In this document: piece after piece, positions 57,497-64,000 of the stretch
How positions within the stretch are numbered: the first letter of the stretch is position 1
How the letters are laid out: each line of letters opens with the position of its first letter
Source: Ignavibacteriota bacterium
GTDB lineage: Bacteria > Bacteroidota > Ignavibacteria > UBA10030
NCBI GenBank assembly: GCA_022616555.1
Contig: JAKEEG010000012.1
Location: 8,263 to 72,262, forward strand
Reading direction: 5' to 3'
Length of the DNA: 64,000 bases
Notes under the pieces: generated by a model
What the model saw: the letters and a program-made list of their open reading frames with translations, nothing else
Database searches by the model: none
What the model was told of the DNA's origin: nothing
Translations under genes and position numbers: made by a program

Positions 57497-58780
57497 TTAC
57501 GCGGACTTCTGCTCGCCAGGATGAAACCAGGCGTACAGTTTATCGGTGAACTCTATCGCTTCTTTGGAAAACGGGTCAACACCCGTTGTAAGGAACAGCT
57601 TATCGAGATACTGCGACGCTTCATCCCATGTTGCGATCATGCTCAGCGTATCCATCGCTTCACGGAACGATACTTCATCTTTGTTAAATATTTTTTTGAT
57701 AAACCACTTCTGTTGAGAGCGCGAGAAGAATCCGTGTATGCCTTCCCCGGCGATTTCTTCATGGCTTGCTTGCGCAGGAACTTTACCGCCTTTAGTCTCA
57801 GCCCCCTCAATCGTGCTTTTTGCACCGGGCGTCGGCGTAAAGAACTCGGCCGGGTCCTGCGCCCGGAACGGAATTGGCACCTTAGACGGTTGGGTTGGCG
57901 ATTGATCTCCGGAAGTCTCAGACGAAGGCGTGCGCTTGGTACGAGGCGTTTTGCGCGCAGGCTTCTCAGGTTGAACCGCCACAGCCTCCTCGTTGCTCGT
58001 GCGGACGCGTTCGACAAAGTTCGCCAGATCCTGCACGGTCAGTTCGTTCAAATTGTTGGCGTCGCGCTCTTTTTCCAGCCGTTCCTTGATTTCAATTTGC
58101 TTCTTGTCCTCAAAGAACACCACAGCGGCGTTGATAGGGAGCGTCGGCTCGCCTTCTTTTTTCTGTGTTTCGGGCAACCCCGTATCCACGAACGCAAACA
58201 GCGCTTTCAGCATCCGCACTAGCTCCCAGCTTGTGTGGCTGTTGATGATTTCGCGATCGATCTTGTCGAGCATCGATTCAAATTCTTCGTACGAGATTTT
58301 TGCCAGCCCGTTATCGATGATGTACCGCTTAATGATCTCGCGATAATAGCCGTATTCAACACAGTATTCCAGCTTTTGTTCAATTTCCGCTACCGGAACC
58401 TTGCGCTTGTTGTCAAACAAAAAATTCAGCAGTGTAAATTGGGGACGACAAAGATAATTAAATTGAAAATGCACGGCTTCATCCAGAAGCGTATCGAAAT
58501 CCTTCTGGTCGAATTCATAATAATACTGAAGCAGCAAATCCATCTGTTCCTGCAGACGCGCGATCTCCAGAAGAGCGTACGGAAACTTATTGGAGCGTAC
58601 TTCCTTCTCGCGTTCTTGCTTCAGCAGCTTACGCACCTCAGCGCGGAAGTACGCCTTGATGCCCGGATGAACGTTCGCCGCGAGCACTTCGCCAAGTGTG
58701 ATCGCCTCTGATTCCCCGATCGTGCGCGCGCGAACGGAATGCAGGATACGCTCTATTTCAGATTCAAAAATGTAGCCCAT
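57497..58780 (-). CDS. Hypothetical cytoplasmic protein (427 aa)
   Basis: Long clean ORF between the TPR gene and obgE. Helical N-terminal domain, Pro-rich linker, short C-terminal domain. Confidence 0.75.
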   Translation of the reverse strand: MGYIFESEIERILHSVRARTIGESEAITLGEVLAANVHPGIKAYFRAEVRKLLKQEREKEVRSNKFPYALLEIARLQEQMDLLLQYYYEFDQKDFDTLLDEAVHFQFNYLCRPQFTLLNFLFDNKRKVPVAEIEQKLEYCVEYGYYREIIKRYIIDNGLAKISYEEFESMLDKIDREIINSHTSWELVRMLKALFAFVDTGLPETQKKEGEPTLPINAAVVFFEDKKQIEIKERLEKERDANNLNELTVQDLANFVERVRTSNEEAVAVQPEKPARKTPRTKRTPSSETSGDQSPTQPSKVPIPFRAQDPAEFFTPTPGAKSTIEGAETKGGKVPAQASHEEIAGEGIHGFFSRSQQKWFIKKIFNKDEVSFREAMDTLSMIATWDEASQYLDKLFLTTGVDPFSKEAIEFTDKLYAWFHPGEQKSA

Positions 58781-58785
58781 GGGTG

Positions 58786-61700
58786 TTATCGTTGAGACTT
58801 GACCAACGCGTTAACTCTATCGATCTCTTTTTGCGCCGCCGCTTTGAACTGCGGGTCGATGTTCTGGCGTTCGAGGATCTGCTGGTACATGGAAATCGCC
58901 TGGTCGAACCGCGACATTTTTTCGTACGACTGTCCCGCCATGTAAAACGAAGCGGCAACCCAGTCCACGCTTGTCCGGCGCGTCACAAGATACGGAACTT
59001 TAAGGAATTCCAAAATCGCTTGTTGATGGTCGCCTTTGTAATAATACGCTTCGCCGATATAATACCGCAATTCCGCCTCAATATCCGGCTCGGCGTTCTC
59101 GATCAAACTCTGTAAATGTAAGACCGATTGGTCGAAATACCCAAGCTTTTGATACAAGACTCCAATGTCGATGCGTTTGTTCAACACGCTGGAATCACCG
59201 GGAAAACGCTCGATGAATTTGCGAGTAAGCTCGAGCGCAGCGTCAAAAAGCGATAGTTCCTTGTACGTGAGAATTAAGTTCGTCATAGCGAACGGCACGA
59301 CATCCGGTGCAATCTGCTCGTTCTCGAGTATGATGCGGTACTGATCGACAGCAGGCTCCCACTGCTCGGCAGTGTAAAACATATTGCCAAGGCTTAACCG
59401 GGCGCGGAAAGCAATCGGGTGGTTCGGGTAGCTCTTAACCACCGCTTCATACGTCTCGCGTGCAGCCTGCACTTCGCCCTTTGCTTCAATGACTCTCCCA
59501 AGCCAATATTGCGCATCGACCGCTATTGGTGCGTCCTCGTACTTATCGAGGAGCGTTTCAAATGCGGTTTTTGCCTTATCAAACTCTTCGCGGCGTAAGA
59601 GATACCGCCCGCGCTCGAATTCGAATTCTGCGGCCTCATTGCGCGCATTGGGGCGGGCTTTGACGAAAGCCGCAACAAGCTTGCTCGCTTCCCCAGCATT
59701 GTTCATCCGGTAATAGCTAATAGCGATTCGAGCCTGTGCGTATTGCTTGAGCGAATCGGCAGTGGTTTCTTTGACCACATCGTTGTAACGAGCGATGGCT
59801 TCTCGATAGCTTTCACCGCGGAACAGGAGATTAGCCGCTTCTAACGCCGCTCGCACACGTTGATCTGCACTACCGCCCGATGCGCTGCCTGCACGCTGGA
59901 GATACTGTGTCGCAAGCTCAACGTTTCCCTCTTCGCGAGCGATCGATGCGAGCGCAAAATATATCTCGCCGGCTTCGGGAGCATCTGGGTTCTGCGCCAG
60001 CGCTGCATGATAATAGCGTTTTGCTTCGGCTTTGTTCCCAGCGAGTTCGTAACAACGCGCGGCGCTATACAGCACTTCCTGTGTCGGTTCGGAAAACGAG
60101 TAGTAGTCAGCTTCCAAACGATGAAAGTATTGTTCATACGCAGCGAGTGCGTTTGCATTGTCAGCGGCTTCAGAAAACGCTTTCGCACGGGCAAGAGCGA
60201 CACCATTTGCAAACGACGAGTACGGGTAAAGTTTTTCGATGCGGTCGTACGCCTCCAGTGCGCGTTGAATCTCTCCTCGCTGCGCGGCCATTTGTCCTAG
60301 CATCCACACTGCCTCGGCACTGCGGAAATGCTCTGCGTATGTCGCAGAAAAGCTCTGCAGCAGCACAAAAGCGGAGTCCTCTCTGCCCGTCTCACGCAAA
60401 GCGAGCGCGAGCTGGAACATCGCTTCCGGCGTTTCTGGCGAGGGTTGCGATTGGAGAATTGAGCCGTATGTTGCAATGGCGTCTTCATCCCCATCCAGCT
60501 TTCGGTACGCATCACTGATGCGAAGCAAGATTTTTTCTCGGCTTTCGATGTCGGGATATTCTCTCGAAAATTCGTCGTGCAGTGTACGGATTTCGGTGAG
60601 GCTTTTCGCTATCTGAAGTCTCAACGTGAACAACGAAACCACCGCTTCATTGCGGAACTCACTCACTGGAAATGCTCGAAGCAGCAGCTCATAGTTCTTT
60701 AACGCTTCCGCAATGAGGGCTGCATCCTCCTTACCATCAAGCGAAACTTTCCACGCCAAAATTTCATACGAGCGGGCAAGGGCGTAGCGTGCGGCTGGGC
60801 GTTTTGCCGCTTCGACGTCAGACTCTAACGCAAGCTCGTATTGCTGTGCTGCTCGGTCGTATTCTTTGAGGTCGTGGAAATAAATCTCCCCAAGCCTAAA
60901 CGCTAAATCACCTTTCGATTTTTGAGCAATGACATCGCCGATCAGCAGAGCGAGTTTTTCGAGACCTGCCTCGCGGCTTTTCAGCGCAAAGTGCTTTATG
61001 CGCCAAGCTTCATCGCGCGCACGTTCAACCAATTCACTGCCCGGAAACTGACCCTCAAAATTCTCCAGCACCTGCAGTGCGCCTTCGGGGTTAGCAGACT
61101 GTGCCAGTGCCGTTCCCGCGCCAAGCAAGGCGTCGTCAGCCCATTGGCTGGACGAATACTCTGTAACAACGCCTTTATAAAGCTGAGCAGCAAGCTGGGG
61201 ATCTTTCATCTGCACGAGTGCAACCTGAGCCGCTTCATACAGGATACGCGACGTGAGCGGGTCGTTTGGGAATTCTGATTTAAAGAGCGACGCATATCGA
61301 GTGGCTTCAGCATAGTTCTGAAGAAACGTCGCACCCTTAAAAGCACCGACAAGGAGATTCTGCTTTGCCCCATCACTAGAATCCACACGTTGCGCGTGTA
61401 TATAATACTCGCCTGCTTTCTTGAATTGTTGTGCTTTCTCGGCCACAACAGCTGTCCTGTAAAGAACCTCGCTTGATCTCATCGGATCTGAGTACGTAAG
61501 CGCTGCGGCAAGTTCAAACGCACTCAACGCCTTGGTATAGTCCCGAACCATTTTGTAACTCTCACCAATCTCCAGCAGAGCAGTCAGTCTTAACCCAGCG
61601 GGGGCACGTTGTGAATCGGACGCAACGATCTGCCATGTAGCAACAGCTTCCTGTGTATTTCCCGATAGCAGTTGTTTCATCAATCCTTTTATGAGCAATG

Positions 61701-62442
61701 CTTCGAAATACGCGGAGGACTGTTGATTTTTAAGAATCTCGTTCAATGTCTTTTCAGCGTCTTGATACAGGGAAAGCCCCATGAGCGCCCGAACGAGAAG
61801 AAGCTGGGCTCTGGCCTTTTCTTCCGCATTTTTTGTCGTTGTAATAATCCGTTGGACTTCTCCACGTGTTGTTTCGAACTCACCGGCATTGATGGAGAGC
61901 TCCGCTAATTCTAATCGCGCAGAGGTTGCCTCCTCTGCCGAAGGATACTCACGCACAAGAGAGCGGAGCATCCGTACAGCACTGGCACGGTCGCCTGCAG
62001 TGTCAAAATATTCGCTCGCCTTCAGCAAACCCGACGAAGCGAGCTTGCTTTTCGGATGGAACACCTTAATACGCTCGTACGAAACCGCCGCCTCGCGGAA
62101 ATTCTTCTGCGCGGCGTACGCTTCCGCGACATTCCACCATGCTTCAGGCGCGCGAGGATTGTCGGGATAGCTCAGAGCGAAATTCTGGAACGTAAAGCGG
62201 GCATCTTCGTGGCGCCCTAATTTTGATTGCGCTTGCCCGAGGTAGAATTTTGCTTCTACCGCTTGTTGAGAATTGGGATAGCGGGAGATAAACTGCTGGA
62301 ATTGTTCGAGCGCGAGGTCATAAAGCTTATCGTTATACAGATTGACGGCAAGCTTGAAGTCAGCGTTCTCTTTGGTATCTTGTGAAAACGCAGGAAAAAC
62401 GCTTACAAGGAGAGTAATAACAAGTACTTGGAAAAATCGCAT
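58786..62442 (-). CDS. Large exported tetratricopeptide-repeat protein
   Basis: Signal peptide (MRFFQVLVITLLVSVFPAFS). Many TPR units of the F...YP.S..A..A type. ATG 62442 preferred. Confidence 0.88.
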   Translation of the reverse strand: MRFFQVLVITLLVSVFPAFSQDTKENADFKLAVNLYNDKLYDLALEQFQQFISRYPNSQQAVEAKFYLGQAQSKLGRHEDARFTFQNFALSYPDNPRAPEAWWNVAEAYAAQKNFREAAVSYERIKVFHPKSKLASSGLLKASEYFDTAGDRASAVRMLRSLVREYPSAEEATSARLELAELSINAGEFETTRGEVQRIITTTKNAEEKARAQLLLVRALMGLSLYQDAEKTLNEILKNQQSSAYFEALLIKGLMKQLLSGNTQEAVATWQIVASDSQRAPAGLRLTALLEIGESYKMVRDYTKALSAFELAAALTYSDPMRSSEVLYRTAVVAEKAQQFKKAGEYYIHAQRVDSSDGAKQNLLVGAFKGATFLQNYAEATRYASLFKSEFPNDPLTSRILYEAAQVALVQMKDPQLAAQLYKGVVTEYSSSQWADDALLGAGTALAQSANPEGALQVLENFEGQFPGSELVERARDEAWRIKHFALKSREAGLEKLALLIGDVIAQKSKGDLAFRLGEIYFHDLKEYDRAAQQYELALESDVEAAKRPAARYALARSYEILAWKVSLDGKEDAALIAEALKNYELLLRAFPVSEFRNEAVVSLFTLRLQIAKSLTEIRTLHDEFSREYPDIESREKILLRISDAYRKLDGDEDAIATYGSILQSQPSPETPEAMFQLALALRETGREDSAFVLLQSFSATYAEHFRSAEAVWMLGQMAAQRGEIQRALEAYDRIEKLYPYSSFANGVALARAKAFSEAADNANALAAYEQYFHRLEADYYSFSEPTQEVLYSAARCYELAGNKAEAKRYYHAALAQNPDAPEAGEIYFALASIAREEGNVELATQYLQRAGSASGGSADQRVRAALEAANLLFRGESYREAIARYNDVVKETTADSLKQYAQARIAISYYRMNNAGEASKLVAAFVKARPNARNEAAEFEFERGRYLLRREEFDKAKTAFETLLDKYEDAPIAVDAQYWLGRVIEAKGEVQAARETYEAVVKSYPNHPIAFRARLSLGNMFYTAEQWEPAVDQYRIILENEQIAPDVVPFAMTNLILTYKELSLFDAALELTRKFIERFPGDSSVLNKRIDIGVLYQKLGYFDQSVLHLQSLIENAEPDIEAELRYYIGEAYYYKGDHQQAILEFLKVPYLVTRRTSVDWVAASFYMAGQSYEKMSRFDQAISMYQQILERQNIDPQFKAAAQKEIDRVNALVKSQR

Positions 62443-62555
62443 AGTATGGTAAGGTACCACTAATTCGAGGCTATATCAAGGTTAGACGTATGAGGAAACC
62501 TGCTGGTTCGGTGCAATTTCTCACATACTCTGGTGGAAAAGGCGTTCTCGGCATT

Positions 62556-62674
62556 TCAACCGCTTACTACGATACGTGTGGAAACTCCCCAAACGGCCTT
62601 GGAATTTTCCCACACGGGCGAGGTGGTGTCTTGGCATAGGGCTGAGCGCGAACGTCGCTCTAACGGGAGCTAAT
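62556..62674. repeat. Dispersed 119-bp intergenic repeat, copy B
   Basis: Direct, ungapped homolog of 25825-25943. Confidence 0.9.
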
Positions 62675-62713
62675 AGCGATTTGCGAGACACTGATTCTCC
62701 ATAAAAACACAAA

Positions 62714-62732
62714 AGGCGACTGCAGGTCGCCT
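62714..62732 (-). terminator. Intrinsic terminator after sdhB
   Basis: AGGCGAC-CTGCA-GTCGCCT followed by TTTGTGTTTTT on the - strand. Confidence 0.7.
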
Positions 62733-62762
62733 CTTGTGATACGTCCAATTACGAATCGGACT

Positions 62763-63503
62763 CTACCTAATCTTCGCTAAAATATACTCTGTATTCATGC
62801 GCGCGATGTTGGAGACGGAAATTTCCTTCGGGCATTCCGCCTCGCACGCGTAGTTGTTAGAGCAATTGCCAAAACCCTCCGCATCCATCTGCGCAACCAT
62901 GCGCTCAACACGGCTCTTGCGCTCAGGTTGCCCTTGTGGCAGTAATGCGAGATGGGAGACTTTCGCGGCAACGAAGAGCATCGCGGATGAATTCGGACAC
63001 GCTGCAACACACGCTCCACAGCCGATGCAGGCAGCTGCGTCCATCGCCTGGTCGGCGATTGGTTTGGAAATGGGAATGGCATTGCCATCCGGAACACCGC
63101 CGGTCTTTGCCGAAATGTACCCACCGGCTACCATAATGCGGTCGAACGACGAGCGGTCAACCACTAAGTCTCTTAACACCGGGAATGGCTTAGCGCGCCA
63201 CGGCTCGGCGACAATCGTCTCATTATCCTGAAACGCTCGCATGCGCAACTCGCACGTCGCTGCGCCGTGCCCCGGACCGTGTGCCCGTCCGTTGATCATG
63301 ATGCCGCAGCTTCCACAAATACCCTCTCGGCAATCGTGGTCGAAAGCCACCGGCTCTTCGCCCCTTCTGGTTAATTCGACGTTCAACACGTCAAGCATTT
63401 CAAGAAACGATGCATCAGGCGAAATGTTCTTCACCAGGTACTCGACAAATCTGCCCTTGTCGGTGCTATTCTTTTGACGCCAGATTTTGAGTTTGAAGTT
63501 CAT
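62763..63503 (-). CDS. sdhB: Succinate dehydrogenase/fumarate reductase iron-sulfur subunit
   Basis: [35 protein letters not shown]. Confidence 0.94.
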   Translation of the reverse strand: MNFKLKIWRQKNSTDKGRFVEYLVKNISPDASFLEMLDVLNVELTRRGEEPVAFDHDCREGICGSCGIMINGRAHGPGHGAATCELRMRAFQDNETIVAEPWRAKPFPVLRDLVVDRSSFDRIMVAGGYISAKTGGVPDGNAIPISKPIADQAMDAAACIGCGACVAACPNSSAMLFVAAKVSHLALLPQGQPERKSRVERMVAQMDAEGFGNCSNNYACEAECPKEISVSNIARMNTEYILAKIR

Positions 63504-64000
63504 TTATTTGTAGCTTCTCTGCGAGGGTTTTACATATTCGAATTTCAATTGTTCTTTATTGAGAATCGGGGCTTTATTCGCTCCGGCATATTCCCATGCG
63601 GCGACATAACTAAACTTTGCGTCGTTCCGTTTGGCTTCGCCTTCCTCAGTCTGGTGCTCTTCACGGAAATGTCCGCCGCAGGATTCTTCGCGGTGTAGAG
63701 CGTCATACGCCAACAGCTCGCCAAGTTCCAAGAAGTCAGCCACCCTGCCCGCTTTCTCCAGCTCCATATTCAACTCGCTTGCAGTGCCGACGATTTTCAA
63801 ATTGCTCCAGAATTCCTCACGCAGCTTCGGGATTTTCGCCAGAGCTTTCTTCAAGCCAGCCTTATTGCGGCCCATGCCGACGTTATCCCACATAATTTTT
63901 CCAAGCTCGCGGTGAAATTCTTCCGCCGACTTTTTGCCGTTGATCGACACCATCTTCTTGACGTAATGGCCGACTTCCCGTTGTGTCTCTTTGAACGATG
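63504..64000 (-). CDS. sdhA: Succinate dehydrogenase/fumarate reductase flavoprotein subunit, 3' part only
   Basis: Frame is open to the window edge. [30 protein letters not shown]. Abuts sdhB. Confidence 0.92.
   Translation of the reverse strand, partial: SFKETQREVGHYVKKMVSINGKKSAEEFHRELGKIMWDNVGMGRNKAGLKKALAKIPKLREEFWSNLKIVGTASELNMELEKAGRVADFLELGELLAYDALHREESCGGHFREEHQTEEGEAKRNDAKFSYVAAWEYAGANKAPILNKEQLKFEYVKPSQRSYK

Noticed and set aside
62521-62748. 75-aa - strand ORF as a bona fide gene
   Set aside because: It runs across the sdhB terminator and the repeat. The equivalent frame in copy A is interrupted upstream, and most differences are non-synonymous in this frame.

Overview
64 kb of chromosome from what looks like an FCB-group bacterium, probably Ignavibacteria-like. 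This is an inference from a T9SS C-terminal sorting domain, a Bacteroidota-type IlvC and a LytS/LytTR pair. In order: (1) a + strand 4-hydroxyphenylacetate meta-cleavage cluster (hpaG-E-B-C-D), interrupted by two different small nuclease cassettes, an IS200/RAYT-type HUH transposase and a DUF559 Vsr-like endonuclease, each bracketed by its own inverted hairpin repeats; (2) a ~19 kb - strand operon, ilvD-ilvB-ilvN-gltB-ilvC-cimA-orf81-leuA-leuC-leuD-proC-leuB-ilvE(frameshifted)-nitrilase, headed by an unannotated 47-aa Ile/Leu/Val-rich leader peptide with attenuator-like pairing; (3) a SusD-less pectin locus (TonB receptor, frameshifted T9SS beta-helix protein, PL1, GH105, LacI); (4) an AT-richer islet ending at tRNA-fMet; (5) glnK-porin-amtB with two structured intergenic elements, one with its own consensus promoter (candidate ~162-nt sRNA); (6) mixed accessory and housekeeping genes (SIMPL, TonB-type OMP, DinG, DinB, EamA, PD40, 2x DUF1761, LytS/LytTR, PhzF, MBL, obgE, TPR, sdhB, partial sdhA). 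A 119-bp ungapped intergenic repeat occurs twice, 36.7 kb apart. No CRISPR array, rRNA or integrase was seen. All family calls come from motif recognition by eye; no database search was run.
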